DNA of 64,000 nt from Parcubacteria group bacterium M10-OD1-1 (GCA_003056145.1 LSNL01000003.1:201993-265992); one strand, 5' to 3'; numbered from the stretch's first letter, positions 1 through 9,551 are shown. Notes: generated from the letters alone by a model not told the origin. Made by a program: numbers and translations.

Positions 1-459
1 GCTCAAAAATTTAATTTGGGTTTTGAAGAAGCAGAAGTTTTAAAAATAAAATATTCAGAAGGAAAGCTTAGCTCAGGAGCGAGTACTAAAATTGAAAAAG
101 TACTTAATGATGATTGCTCGGTTTGGCTACGAGGAGTGGAACTTACTTTGGCTGAATTTTCTGAAGCTGATCTTTTACCTCACAGATTTTTTCTTTGTGG
201 TGGTGGGTCGGGTCTAAGTGGCATTAAAAAAGTTCTTCTTTCTGAGAAATGGAGAAAAAACTTGCCTTTTGCTAAATCTATTGAAATCAGTTTTTTACAA
301 CCGAAAGATGTAGTCAGTATTATAGATGAAACTAATGAGCTAAAAGATCCTCAGGATATTACGCCGATGGGGTTAGCTAACTTAGCTTTAGATTTAGTGG
401 GAGAAGAAAAAATGATGTCTGAAATTTTACGAAGGGCAGTAAAAATGATTCAAAAATAA
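1..459 (+). CDS. ftsA: cell-division protein FtsA (actin-fold ATPase), C-terminal fragment; 5' end lies upstream of the window
   Basis: ORF is open to the window edge. Glycine loop 'FFLCGGGSGLSGI', 'DPQDITPMGLANLAL' and a short amphipathic C-terminal helix 'MSEILRRAVKMIQK' are typical of FtsA (PilM lacks the tail helix). Confidence 0.55.
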   Translation, partial: AQKFNLGFEEAEVLKIKYSEGKLSSGASTKIEKVLNDDCSVWLRGVELTLAEFSEADLLPHRFFLCGGGSGLSGIKKVLLSEKWRKNLPFAKSIEISFLQPKDVVSIIDETNELKDPQDITPMGLANLALDLVGEEKMMSEILRRAVKMIQK

Positions 460-487
460 AAAAATAATTTAAACAAATTAAAATTTA

Positions 488-2458
488 TTGATTATGCATC
501 AAACATTTTATATTGATATCGATGAAGAAATAACTTCTATAGTTGAGAGAATAAAAAAAGCTCAAGTCAAAGAGATAATTATGGTTGTGCCAAAGAGAGC
601 TTTATTAATTCAAAGTATTGTTAATTTACGAATTTTAAAAAAAGAAGCTGATGAAGTCAATCTTCAGTTAATAATTGTTACTCAAGATAAGTTGGGTAAA
701 ATTTTAATTGAAAAAGCTGGTATTTTAGTGCAGCCAAAAATTTACAAATCAGAAGAAGAAATTGAAGTAGTAGAAAAAAAGGCAGTAGTTAATTTGAATG
801 ATGATTATAAGAAAATAACAGAAACGGAAAATAAAGAAAAAGAGGAAAAAAATAGAATAGATAATATTGGCTCTAGGGATTACTTTAATGAGGAAAATAA
901 GTCAGAGGACCAGTTTGCTCAAGAATGGGAAAAGGCTAAAGAAATAGAAAATAACATTGAGAAAAAACCATCATTGCCAAATTACAAAGATTCAATTACC
1001 AAGATTAGTGAGGACATTCAATCAAAAAAAACTTCCCAAAAAATAAATTTAAAAGTAGAGAAGGAAAGTAAAAATATTTTTTTAAAACCAAAAAATAAAA
1101 AAAGTTTAGCAGAATTAACAGTAAATCAAAATAAAAAAAAGGAGAGAAAAAAAAATATTATCTTGAAAGATAATTCAGAAACTTTTTCTTGTCCATTACC
1201 AGTGAACCAAAATGAAAAAATTGAAAACTTTTTTAAGCAATCTAACGATTATAAAAAATCTAAGGATAATTATCAAAATTATAATATCTCTAGAAAAACA
1301 CGGCGTTTATTTTGGATTTTTGGTTTGATTGGAATTACTGTTGTTTTAGGTATTGGGGCTTATTTATTTATTCCTAAAGCTACTGTAACGATTATGGCCA
1401 AAACAGAAAGTAAATCTATAGATTCAGAAGTTCTTGGCAAGACTAATATTAAGAAAATAGATTATAATAAAGAAGTAATTCCAGCTAGGTTTATAACAGT
1501 TAATCAACAAATAACTAAAGAATATAATTCTACTGGCAGTAAAGTTGTTTCTAATCAAAAAGCTCAAGGAACAGTTATTATTTATAATGAATATGGACCC
1601 AAGCCACAACCTTTAATAGCGACTACTAGAATTTTAAGTGCCAGCGGAAAATTATTTAGATTGAAAGCAGGAATAGTTGTCCCAGGTTTTACCAAAGAAG
1701 GTGGAAAAGTGAAACCAGGTAGTGTAGAGGCGATAGTAGTGGCTGATTCATCTGGTGAAGATTATAATATTAGTCCGACTAATTTTACTATTCCAGGTTT
1801 TCAAAATAGTGGGGGGGATAAATATCATAAATTTTATGCTAAATCTAACCAGGCTATGACAGGCGGAGGTAATGGGACTAAGAAAGTAGGGACGATTACA
1901 GAACGAGATATTGCCTTAGCTAAGAAAAAAACTTTAAAAGATCTTAATAAACTAGTGGATAGTAAAATTAAAAAATTAGCTGGTGAAGGAGCAGTTGTTT
2001 TAGATGATGCTGTTGAAAAAGATGAAGCTACTTATAGATTATCTAATTCAGCTGGTGATATAGTAGACTCTTTTAATATTACTATTCAAATGGAAGCCAA
2101 AGCTATAATTATTCAAAGAGCGGATCTTCGTCAAGTAGTGGCGCAAATATTATCTCTAGCTGGAGATAGTGCTAAAAAAATAGATAGTCATTCAGTCCTT
2201 TTAGATTTTGGAAAAGCGGATGTTAATTTTCAGACTGGAACTATCAACATTAGATTTCATGCTAGTGGAAAAACTATCACTGGGATTGATACAGCTAAAA
2301 TAAAAAATGATATTTTAGGAAAAAGTGAGAATGATTTGGAAGCTTATTTAAGCACAATTCCTAATATTGAGAAAGTAGCGATTGTGTATTGGCCATCGTT
2401 TATGAGCGGTAGAATTCCTTTCCAAAAGAGTCGAGTGAAAGTATTACTTGACAATTAA
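488..2458 (+). CDS. hypothetical bitopic membrane protein: ~85-aa N-terminal domain, long Lys/Glu-rich low-complexity linker, single TM ('LFWIFGLIGITVVLGIGAYLFIP'), ~370-aa extracytoplasmic C-terminal domain
   Basis: 656-aa ORF sits where ftsZ normally follows ftsA. No tubulin GGGTGTG motif. One predicted TM near residue 275. Confidence 0.5.
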   Translation: MIMHQTFYIDIDEEITSIVERIKKAQVKEIIMVVPKRALLIQSIVNLRILKKEADEVNLQLIIVTQDKLGKILIEKAGILVQPKIYKSEEEIEVVEKKAVVNLNDDYKKITETENKEKEEKNRIDNIGSRDYFNEENKSEDQFAQEWEKAKEIENNIEKKPSLPNYKDSITKISEDIQSKKTSQKINLKVEKESKNIFLKPKNKKSLAELTVNQNKKKERKKNIILKDNSETFSCPLPVNQNEKIENFFKQSNDYKKSKDNYQNYNISRKTRRLFWIFGLIGITVVLGIGAYLFIPKATVTIMAKTESKSIDSEVLGKTNIKKIDYNKEVIPARFITVNQQITKEYNSTGSKVVSNQKAQGTVIIYNEYGPKPQPLIATTRILSASGKLFRLKAGIVVPGFTKEGGKVKPGSVEAIVVADSSGEDYNISPTNFTIPGFQNSGGDKYHKFYAKSNQAMTGGGNGTKKVGTITERDIALAKKKTLKDLNKLVDSKIKKLAGEGAVVLDDAVEKDEATYRLSNSAGDIVDSFNITIQMEAKAIIIQRADLRQVVAQILSLAGDSAKKIDSHSVLLDFGKADVNFQTGTINIRFHASGKTITGIDTAKIKNDILGKSENDLEAYLSTIPNIEKVAIVYWPSFMSGRIPFQKSRVKVLLDN

Positions 2459-2627
2459 TTAAAATAACGATAAAATACTTAAGACATTAAAAAAATCAAT
2501 AAATGATAAATAGAGGGTAGCGCTGTTTTCAGGAATTTGGTCCGATATCCGTCCTTAAGCTAAAATGAAATAATTTTTTTAGTTTGAGAAAAATCCGTCT
2601 ATTTTTTTGTTTTTAAAAATTAGCAAT

Positions 2628-2849
2628 ATGTCACAAGACAAAGAGTTAGTTAAATTAGAAGGTGAAATTATTGAAAATCTTCCTAGCACTACTTTTAAAG
2701 TAAAGTTGGATAATGGACACGAAATTTTAGCTCATATCTCCGGGAGAATGAGAGTGAATTATATTCGCTTAATCCCAGGCGACCGAGTTTTAATTGAAAT
2801 GAGTCCATATGATTTAACTAAAGGAAGAATAACGCAAAGATTAAAATAA
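2628..2849 (+). CDS. infA: translation initiation factor IF-1
   Basis: '[45 protein letters not shown]' S1-like OB fold matches IF-1. Start taken at the second in-frame ATG (MSQDK), not the ORF-track start at 2607. Confidence 0.85.
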   Translation: MSQDKELVKLEGEIIENLPSTTFKVKLDNGHEILAHISGRMRVNYIRLIPGDRVLIEMSPYDLTKGRITQRLK

Positions 2850-2913
2850 TAGTTGATAATTTAAAATACGTTTCCTAAAATTTTTATGGAATGTAAAATA
2901 AAATTTATAAAAA

Positions 2914-3027
2914 ATGAAAGTTAGAGCTTCAGTAAAAAGAATTTGTGATAAATGTAAAATAGTAAAACGTAAAGGAACGGTTTATGTTATTTGTTCTAAT
3001 CCAAAGCATAAGCAAAGACAAGGTTAG
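2914..3027 (+). CDS. rpmJ: 50S ribosomal protein L36 (37 aa); below the ORF-track length cutoff
   Basis: Manual translation gives [37 protein letters not shown] with the L36 C-x2-C...C...H zinc ribbon, in the canonical infA-rpmJ-rpsM position. Confidence 0.85.
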   Translation: MKVRASVKRICDKCKIVKRKGTVYVICSNPKHKQRQG

Positions 3028-3055
3028 TTTTTAAAAAGTAATTTATTAAAAGTAT

Positions 3056-3442
3056 ATGTTTAGAATTTCAGGGATTAATATTCCAGATGAAAAAAGAATA
3101 GAAATTTCTTTGACCTATATTTATGGAATAGGAAGTGTAATATCAGCTAATATTTTAGATGAACTTGGAATTTCTAAAGATAGAAGAACTAAAGATTTAA
3201 CAGAAAAAGAACAAAATGAAATTAGAAGTTACATAGAAAAGAAGTTAAAAATTGAAGGAGAATTGAAGCATTTAGTTAGAAGTAACATTAAAAGATTAAA
3301 AGAAGTAGGTTGTTATCGTGGTTCAAGGCATCAGAAAGGATTACCAGCAAGAGGACAAAGAACTAAAACTAACAATAGAACAGTTAGAGGCAATGTTAGA
3401 AGAACTATGGGATCTGGAAGAATTAAAGCGGAGAAGACTTAG
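3056..3442 (+). CDS. rpsM: 30S ribosomal protein S13
   Basis: 'INIPDEKRIEISLTYIYGIG' and 'VGCYRGSRHQKGLPARGQRTKTN' are S13 signatures; conserved position. Confidence 0.9.
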   Translation: MFRISGINIPDEKRIEISLTYIYGIGSVISANILDELGISKDRRTKDLTEKEQNEIRSYIEKKLKIEGELKHLVRSNIKRLKEVGCYRGSRHQKGLPARGQRTKTNNRTVRGNVRRTMGSGRIKAEKT

Positions 3443-3491
3443 GATTAAAATAATGAAAGTTTATAATTTATAATAACAGTTTAATATTAAA

Positions 3492-4079
3492 ATGACTGAA
3501 GAAAAAGTTACAACAACTCAAGAAGATAAAAAGAACGAAACTAAAAAAAGTGCGGAAGCTTTAGAGTTGAAAAAAACTTCTCAACTATCAGCAAAAGATG
3601 ACAAAATAGAAAATAAGAAAACAGTTAAAAAAGAAGAAAACTCTAAAAAAGGAGACGATAAAGTAGCAGAAGAAAAAATAACAGAATCTTCTGTCCTAAG
3701 TAAGAAGAAAAAAGGTAAAAAGGTAAAGAGGCAAATTCTAAAAGGAAAAGCTACCATCAAATGCTCTTATAACAATACAATGGTTAGTATTTCTGATTTG
3801 AAGGGAAATGTTTTAGGTTGGTCAACTTCTGGATTAATGGGGTTTAAAGGAGCTAAGAAAGCTACTCCTTATGCAGCTACTCAAGTAGTAGCTAATGTAA
3901 CTGAGAAAGTTCAAAAATATGGAGTTAAGGAGTTAGAAGTTTATGTTAGAGGGGTTGGAAGTGGAAGAGAATCTTCTATTAGAGCTTTATCTAATAATGG
4001 TTTTGAGTTAATTTTAATTAAAGATGTAACGCCTATTCCACACAATGGATGTCGGCCGAAAAAACCGAGACGAGTTTAA
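3492..4079 (+). CDS. rpsK: 30S ribosomal protein S11 with ~70-aa Lys-rich N-terminal extension
   Basis: Core 'KCSYNNTMVSISDLKGNVLGWSTSGLMGFKGAKKATPYAATQ' matches S11. No internal ATG that would give a canonical-length S11. Confidence 0.85.
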   Translation: MTEEKVTTTQEDKKNETKKSAEALELKKTSQLSAKDDKIENKKTVKKEENSKKGDDKVAEEKITESSVLSKKKKGKKVKRQILKGKATIKCSYNNTMVSISDLKGNVLGWSTSGLMGFKGAKKATPYAATQVVANVTEKVQKYGVKELEVYVRGVGSGRESSIRALSNNGFELILIKDVTPIPHNGCRPKKPRRV

Positions 4080-4113
4080 GTTTCGTGTTTGCAATCAATT
4101 TTTTAAAGAAAAT

Positions 4114-4746
4114 ATGGCTAGAGATATAAATGCAAAATGTAGAAAGTGTAGGAGAGCTGGAGAGAAGCTCTTTCTTAAAGGCGATAGATGTAACGGACCT
4201 AAATGTGCGATGATTAAACGTGCTTATGTTCCTGGAGTTCACGGTAAAAAAATGAGAAGAGGAGGCAGTGAATATGGTATGCAGTTAGCAGTTAAACAAA
4301 AAATAAGAAGAATTTATGGAGTTTTGGAAAAGCAATTCAAGAGACACTTTAATGAAGCTAAAAGCAAAAAAGGAGTAACGGGAGATTTACTTTTAGTGCG
4401 ATTAGAGACTAGATTAGACAATGTAGTTTACAGAATAGGGCTAGCCAGTTCAAGATCCTTAGCTAGACAATTAGTCAATCACGGTTTGATTACAATTGAT
4501 GATAAAAAAGTTACTATTCCTTCTTTCGAAGTTAAAATCGGTCAAACAATTGGGGTTAAAGAAAGTAAAAAAGAAAAGAAATATTTTCAAGAGTTAAAGC
4601 AAGTAATAAAGAATAAAAAAGACTTTCCGGCTTGGATTGACGTTAAAGGTCAATTAATGAAAGGCAAAATAGTTGGTTTGCCACAAAGAGATGATGTTGG
4701 AATTAATGTAGACGCTCAAGTCGTCGTTGAATATTATTCTCGATAA
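4114..4746 (+). CDS. rpsD: 30S ribosomal protein S4
   Basis: 'MARDINAKCRKCRRAGEKLFLKGDRC' zinc-ribbon N-terminus and S4 RNA-binding domain 'LETRLDNVVYRIGLASSRSLARQLVNHG'. Start taken at internal ATG (4114) because the ORF-track start at 4045 overlaps the rpsK 3' end. Confidence 0.85.
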   Translation: MARDINAKCRKCRRAGEKLFLKGDRCNGPKCAMIKRAYVPGVHGKKMRRGGSEYGMQLAVKQKIRRIYGVLEKQFKRHFNEAKSKKGVTGDLLLVRLETRLDNVVYRIGLASSRSLARQLVNHGLITIDDKKVTIPSFEVKIGQTIGVKESKKEKKYFQELKQVIKNKKDFPAWIDVKGQLMKGKIVGLPQRDDVGINVDAQVVVEYYSR

Positions 4747-4804
4747 TTTTTAAAATCAATTTTCCTTAATTAGTAATTCCCTCGTTTAATCGAGGACAAA
4801 AACA

Positions 4805-5779
4805 ATGCAATCAATATCACTTCCCAAAAAACCAAAATATACATCCATTGATGAAAAGACTAGCTCTTTTGAAATAGGTGGATGCTATCCAGGGTATGGA
4901 ACTACTTTAGGTAATGCCTTGAGAAGAGTTCTTTTATCTTCGTTGAGTGGCGCTGCTGTTACTTCAATTAAAATTAAAGGAATTAAGCATGAATTTTCTA
5001 CTATTCCTAATGTAGCAGAAGATGTAATTCAAATTATTCTTAATCTCAAACAAATTAGATTTAATTTACATACAGATGAAAGTGTAAAGGTTCTTTTAAT
5101 GGTTAAAGGAGAAAAAGAAGTAACTGCCAAAATGATTAAATGTCCTTCTAACATAGAAGTTGTTAATAAGGATGCTCATATTGCTACTATTACTAGTCCA
5201 AAGGGAGAGATTGAAATGGAAATTGAAATTTCGGGCGGTATTGGTTATGTTCCAGTTGAACAGCAAAAAAGAGAAAAAAAAGAAGTGGGAGTTATTGCTA
5301 TTGATGCTATTTATACTCCGATTAGAAGGGTGAATTATACTATTTCCAATATGCGGGTTGGTAAAAGAACTGATTTTGAAAAAATATTATTAGAAGTTGA
5401 AACTGATGGAAGCTTAGAACCAGTAGAAGCTTTTTCCCAAGCAGTAGAAATTCTAGTTAATCAATTTTCAGAGTTAAAAGCTATCCAAGAAGCTGAAGAA
5501 CCAGTAGAAGTTATTGAAGAAGAAAAAGAAGATATTAAGAAAGAAATTAAAGAAGAAGAAAAAGCTATTGATCCAAGAAAAATAGTAATAGTTGAATTAA
5601 AAAGTCTTTCTACTAGAACATTAAATTCTTTAGAAAAAGGAAAAATTAAAAATATAGGAGGGATTGTTGATTTAAATGAAGACGAGCTAGGTGAGTTAGA
5701 TGGAATGGGGGCTAAAGGAATTAAAGAAATTAAGAAAGCAGTTGGAGAGTTTGGATTAAATTTAAAAAAAAGAGATTAA
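4805..5779 (+). CDS. rpoA: DNA-directed RNA polymerase subunit alpha
   Basis: N-terminal dimerisation domain 'GYGTTLGNALRRVLLSSLSGAAVTSIKIKG' and C-terminal domain (aCTD) with helix-hairpin-helix; conserved position after rpsD. Confidence 0.9.
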   Translation: MQSISLPKKPKYTSIDEKTSSFEIGGCYPGYGTTLGNALRRVLLSSLSGAAVTSIKIKGIKHEFSTIPNVAEDVIQIILNLKQIRFNLHTDESVKVLLMVKGEKEVTAKMIKCPSNIEVVNKDAHIATITSPKGEIEMEIEISGGIGYVPVEQQKREKKEVGVIAIDAIYTPIRRVNYTISNMRVGKRTDFEKILLEVETDGSLEPVEAFSQAVEILVNQFSELKAIQEAEEPVEVIEEEKEDIKKEIKEEEKAIDPRKIVIVELKSLSTRTLNSLEKGKIKNIGGIVDLNEDELGELDGMGAKGIKEIKKAVGEFGLNLKKRD

Positions 5780-5834
5780 TAATCTGATTGATTTAAAATT
5801 AATATAAATCGGTAAAATAGTTCAATAAAGACCA

Positions 5835-6197
5835 ATGAAACATTTAAAAAAAGAAAGAGAATTAGGAAGAGTGAGAAGTCAAAGAAAAGCTTTGTTTAGA
5901 ACAATGCTTGGTAGTTTAATAATGCAGGAAAGAATTAAAACTACTGAAGCTAAAGCTAAAGAACTAAAGCCAAAGATGGATAAGCTAATTAATAAATCTA
6001 AAAAAACTCAAGATGCTACTAAGAAAGTGGCGGTGCTTAGAAATTTACGGAATGAAATACCAGCAATGGCAGTTAAAAAAATAACTGGAGAATTTTTAAA
6101 AAAGTTTGATGAACGGGATTGCGGATACACTAGAATTATTAAATTAGCTCCTAGAAAAAGCGATGGAGCTAAAATAGCTATTATAGAATTTGTCTAA
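5835..6197 (+). CDS. rplQ: 50S ribosomal protein L17
   Basis: 'LGRVRSQRKALFRTMLGSLIMQERIKTTEAKAKELKP' matches L17; follows rpoA. Confidence 0.9.
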   Translation: MKHLKKERELGRVRSQRKALFRTMLGSLIMQERIKTTEAKAKELKPKMDKLINKSKKTQDATKKVAVLRNLRNEIPAMAVKKITGEFLKKFDERDCGYTRIIKLAPRKSDGAKIAIIEFV

Positions 6198-6231
6198 TTC
6201 TTTATAATCTAAGTAAACTATAGTAAAATTT

Positions 6232-6630
6232 ATGGCAAAACAGATTAATAGAAAATATCATTTATTTGATGCAAAAAAAGAAATACTTGGAAGGTTAGCA
6301 ACAGAAATTGCTAAAGTATTAAGAGGTAAAAATAAAGTTGATTTTACTCCTAATATAGACGGGGGTGATTTCGTGGTGGTTATTGATTCTGATAAGCTAA
6401 GAGTTACTGGGAATAAATTAGAAGATAAGATGTACCATTACTATAGTGGTTATCCAGGAGGGATGAGAGATGTTAAACTAAAGGAAAAAATTGAAAAAGA
6501 TTCTCGAAAAGTAATTAGTGAAGCTGTCTATGGGATGCTTCCTAAAAATAAACTAAGAGATAGAATGATGACTAGACTTTTGGTCTATAAGGATAATGAA
6601 CATGATCATAAGATAGAAATAACCCATTAA
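6232..6630 (+). CDS. rplM: 50S ribosomal protein L13
   Basis: 'KYHLFDAKKEILGRLATEIAKVLRGKNKVDFTPNIDGGDFVVVI' matches L13. Confidence 0.9.
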   Translation: MAKQINRKYHLFDAKKEILGRLATEIAKVLRGKNKVDFTPNIDGGDFVVVIDSDKLRVTGNKLEDKMYHYYSGYPGGMRDVKLKEKIEKDSRKVISEAVYGMLPKNKLRDRMMTRLLVYKDNEHDHKIEITH

Positions 6631-6660
6631 ATTTTTGTATAATTTAAGTAAACAATTAGT

Positions 6661-7134
6661 ATGACAACAAAGAAAACTCAAGAAACCAAGGATATTAGCC
6701 AGGAAGTGAAAAAGGAAACTCAAGAAGAAAAAAAATCTTCCCGTTATTTCTATGCGATTGGTAGAAGGAAGACCTCTATTGCCAAAGTTAAACTTTTTCC
6801 AACTAAAACTTCTAAAAATGTAATTATTGTTAATGAAAGAAAAATAAATAATTATTTTCCTATTGTAAATCATCAGGATATTATTAATGCTCCTTTAGCT
6901 TTGACTGGAAAAGATGATAAATTTAAAGTAGTTATTAAAGTTGTCGGTGGAGGGGTAAGTGCTCAAGCTGAAGCGATAAGGTTGGGGATTGCTAGAGCTT
7001 TAGTAATTTTGGATAAAGACTTAAAGAAGGTTCTTAAAAGTGAAGGATTTCTCAAAAGAGATGCCCGAGAGGTTGAACGAAAGAAACCTGGTTTGAAAAA
7101 AGCTAGAAAATCACCTCAATGGGCTAAGCGTTAA
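6661..7134 (+). CDS. rpsI: 30S ribosomal protein S9 with ~27-aa N-terminal extension
   Basis: 'YFYAIGRRKTSIAKVKLFP' and C-terminal 'KKPGLKKARKSPQWAKR' match S9. Confidence 0.9.
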   Translation: MTTKKTQETKDISQEVKKETQEEKKSSRYFYAIGRRKTSIAKVKLFPTKTSKNVIIVNERKINNYFPIVNHQDIINAPLALTGKDDKFKVVIKVVGGGVSAQAEAIRLGIARALVILDKDLKKVLKSEGFLKRDAREVERKKPGLKKARKSPQWAKR

Positions 7135-7155
7135 ATTAAAAATTAGATTACTTTT

Positions 7156-7196
7156 AAAATCTCTGCCTGATTATTTAAGGTAGAGATTTTTATTTG
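7156..7196 (+). terminator. intrinsic terminator after rplM-rpsI
   Basis: 12-bp stem aaaatctctgcc/ggtagagatttt (one G-U), 11-nt loop, followed by tatttg T-rich tract. Confidence 0.5.
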
Positions 7197-7418
7197 AAGA
7201 AAACGAGTGTAAACTATTAGAATTTAATTAAATTCTAATTAAAAAATAAAATATTATTTAAAGTAATTAACAAGAAAAATTTAAAAATATAGTTGAATTT
7301 AAAATTAAATAAAACTAGGTAGAATGAAATAGCCAAAAAGTAGTTCTTTCAATTGCTAAGATTATTCTTTAGAATGAATTTTTATTAAAGTGGAAATAAA
7401 TTTAATTTACTCAAAAAT

Positions 7419-7447
7419 AAGATACTCAGTTAAAAACTGAGTATCTT
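7419..7447 (-). terminator. intrinsic terminator of rpmE (minus strand)
   Basis: Perfect 11-bp hairpin aagatactcag/ctgagtatctt with 7-nt loop. On the minus strand it is followed by ATTTTTGAG. Confidence 0.55.
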
Positions 7448-7467
7448 GATAGAAAAAATTTAAAAAA

Positions 7468-7776
7468 CTATTTTTTTTCAGCTGTAACTTTTTTAGTTGC
7501 AGTTTTTTTAGTTGCTTTTTTCTTTTTAGCTAAAGCTTGTTCGGTAGCTTTTTCAGTCTGAGCTTTCTTTTTAGCTGTTTTTTTGGTTAGATTTTTAAAT
7601 CTTTCTACTCGTCCAGTTGTATCCATAAGTTTCTTTTTGCCAGTATAAAGAGGATGACAAGCAGAACAAATTTCAATTTTCATTTCAGGAACAGTTGAAC
7701 CAGCTATGATAACATTACCGCAAGCACAAGTTATTTTGGCTTCAGTATAATATTTAGGATGAATATCTTTTTTCAT
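7468..7776 (-). CDS. rpmE: 50S ribosomal protein L31 with ~35-aa Lys/Ala-rich C-terminal tail
   Basis: '[10 protein letters not shown]' and '[13 protein letters not shown]' zinc-ribbon signature of L31. Confidence 0.85.
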   Translation of the reverse strand: MKKDIHPKYYTEAKITCACGNVIIAGSTVPEMKIEICSACHPLYTGKKKLMDTTGRVERFKNLTKKTAKKKAQTEKATEQALAKKKKATKKTATKKVTAEKK

Positions 7777-7890
7777 AAAGTATTAATATCTCAGAATTGT
7801 TTCCGTCAAAAACTAAATTGTTTTAGGCGAAAGAACGAGTCCGATTTAGTTAGCTTATATACTCAAGTAATCTAGCACATTAGATAAAAA

Positions 7891-7919
7891 TTGACAAGTG
7901 GTCGCTAGACTGATATATT
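7891..7919 (+). promoter_or_regulatory. candidate sigma70-type promoter (TTGACA, 17-nt spacer, TATATT)
   Basis: Consensus -35 at 7891-7896 and a near-consensus -10 at 7914-7919 in the long AT-rich spacer upstream of rpsB. Confidence 0.4.
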
Positions 7920-8131
7920 ATTTAAGTAACTTGAGTAAAGCTATTAAATGAAGAGGATAGCTTATTTACTAAGTTTTCATAAAACTCATACTTTTTTAAG
8001 TTTCCTTCCTGTTTCTAATAAAAGAAATATAAAGAAACTAGTTATCTTATTTATAACAATAAAAAAGTAGCGGATTCAATTTAATTAAATTTATTATTTG
8101 TTAAATTGAAATAATTAATAAAGGAAAAAAT

Positions 8132-8935
8132 ATGGAACAAGAAGAAAAAAAGTCAACTCCAAAAGTTGCAACAAAAGTGGTAAAAAAGAATCCCCTGGGG
8201 GATTATTTTTCTAGTGTGGATTTTTCAAAGTTAGAAGTCAGTATTAGAGATATGTTTAAAAGCGGGGTACACTTTGGACATCATAAATCTAGAAAAAATC
8301 CTAAAATGAACGAGTATATTTTTGCTACTAAAAATAATATTGATATTATTGATTTGGAAAAAACTCAAATAATGCTCAAAGAGGCAATGAAGTTTATTGC
8401 GGAAACTGTCGCCAAAAATGAAGACATTTTATTTATTGGGACTAAAAAACAAGCTAAAAAAATTATTCAAGAAGTGGCAGAAAAGTGCGGAATGCCTTAT
8501 GTTAATGAAAGATGGCTAGGCGGAACTTTTACTAATTTTTCAATGATATCAACTAGAACTAGATATTTAAGAGAAGGAACTAAAAAAATGGAACAAGGAG
8601 AGTATGCTAAATACACTAAGTTTGAACAAGTGAAAAAAGCAGAAGAGCTAGAAAGATTAGAAAGAAGAATGGGTGGAATTAAGGAGATGAGAAAATTTCC
8701 AGGAGCTATCTTTGCTACTTCAGTTAATGAAGATAATTTAGCTATTCAAGAAGCTCATCAAAAAAATATTCCGATTATTGCTTTTGTAGATACTAATGTT
8801 AATCCTAAAAATATTGATTATCCAATTCCAGCTAATGAAGATGCAATTTCATCTTTGAAATTAATGTTGAGTTATATTAGCAAGGCTGTTTTAGATGGTA
8901 AGGAACAAAGAAAGTCCGTTATAGCTAAAAAATAA
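8132..8935 (+). CDS. rpsB: 30S ribosomal protein S2
   Basis: 'MFKSGVHFGHHKSRKNPKMNEYIF' and 'ERWLGGTFTNF' are S2 signatures. Confidence 0.9.
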   Translation: MEQEEKKSTPKVATKVVKKNPLGDYFSSVDFSKLEVSIRDMFKSGVHFGHHKSRKNPKMNEYIFATKNNIDIIDLEKTQIMLKEAMKFIAETVAKNEDILFIGTKKQAKKIIQEVAEKCGMPYVNERWLGGTFTNFSMISTRTRYLREGTKKMEQGEYAKYTKFEQVKKAEELERLERRMGGIKEMRKFPGAIFATSVNEDNLAIQEAHQKNIPIIAFVDTNVNPKNIDYPIPANEDAISSLKLMLSYISKAVLDGKEQRKSVIAKK

Positions 8936-8969
8936 AATTAAAAATAATTGGTTAATAGATAAAACAATT

Positions 8970-9551
8970 ATGAGTTTAGAAAAAATAAAACAACTAAGAG
9001 AGCAAACTGGTGCCGGAATAGTAGATGTCAAAAAGGCTTTAGATGAAGCTCAAGGAAATGAGATTGAGGCCATTAAAATTCTTAGAAAAAAAGGAGCTGA
9101 AAAAGCTTCTAAAAAATTAACTAGAACAACTCAAGAAGGAGTTATTGCTAGCTACATTCACTCTAATAAAAAAGTAGGAGCAATGGTAAAGCTTCTTTGC
9201 GAAACCGATTTTGTGGCGCTGAATGGTGATTTTCAAGAATTAGCTAAAGAGATTGCAATGCATATCACAGCTATGAATCCACAATGTATTAAACCAGAAG
9301 AAGTTAGCTTGGAAATAGTTGAGAAAGAAAAAGTAATTTGGGTAGAGAAGCTTAAAAATGAAGGAAAAACCAAAGAAATGATAGCCAAGATTATTATTGA
9401 AAAAGAGAAAAAATTTAGAGAGGAAAAAGCTTTATTAACTCAAGCTTTTATTAAAAATCCAGAACAAACTATTGAAGAGTTGATTACTCAAACAATTTCT
9501 AAGATAGGAGAGAATATTCAAGTCGCTAGTTTTAATCGTTTAGAATTATAA
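8970..9551 (+). CDS. tsf: elongation factor Ts (short form)
   Basis: 'IKQLREQTGAGIVDVKKALDEAQGNEIEAIKILRKKG' UBA-like N-terminus and 'LLCETDFVA' core; rpsB-tsf pair. Confidence 0.9.
   Translation: MSLEKIKQLREQTGAGIVDVKKALDEAQGNEIEAIKILRKKGAEKASKKLTRTTQEGVIASYIHSNKKVGAMVKLLCETDFVALNGDFQELAKEIAMHITAMNPQCIKPEEVSLEIVEKEKVIWVEKLKNEGKTKEMIAKIIIEKEKKFREEKALLTQAFIKNPEQTIEELITQTISKIGENIQVASFNRLEL

Noticed and set aside
1424-1609. Short ORFs antisense to or nested in confidently called genes (e.g. 1424-1609, 4033-4242, 6553-6873, 11670-11882, 16585-16782, 18062-18250, 19041-19289, 20185-20651, 26802-27002, 27735-27944, 29241-29539, 36159-36356, 41362-41601, 42139-42321, 42587-42964, 43168-43407, 46375-46596, 48060-48518, 50249-50440, 51900-52312, 54777-54968, 57300-57683, 58934-59607, 61528-62930)
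   Set aside because: All lie inside or antisense to longer ORFs with clear homology. AT-rich DNA produces long stop-free antisense frames, and Leu/Phe/Ile-rich products are typical of that artefact.
2459-2627. 170-nt leader upstream of infA with a locally GC-rich stretch (gggtagcgctg...ggtccgatatccgtcc) as a possible riboswitch or ncRNA
   Set aside because: Could not fold a convincing conserved structure by eye and no known element precedes infA. It would need covariance-model searches before any claim.
7218-7237. Perfect 20-nt palindrome tagaatttaattaaattcta in the rpsI/rpmE convergent spacer
   Set aside because: Pure A/T palindromes of this length are expected by chance in ~85% AT intergenic DNA. 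No adjacent regulator or T-tract context.
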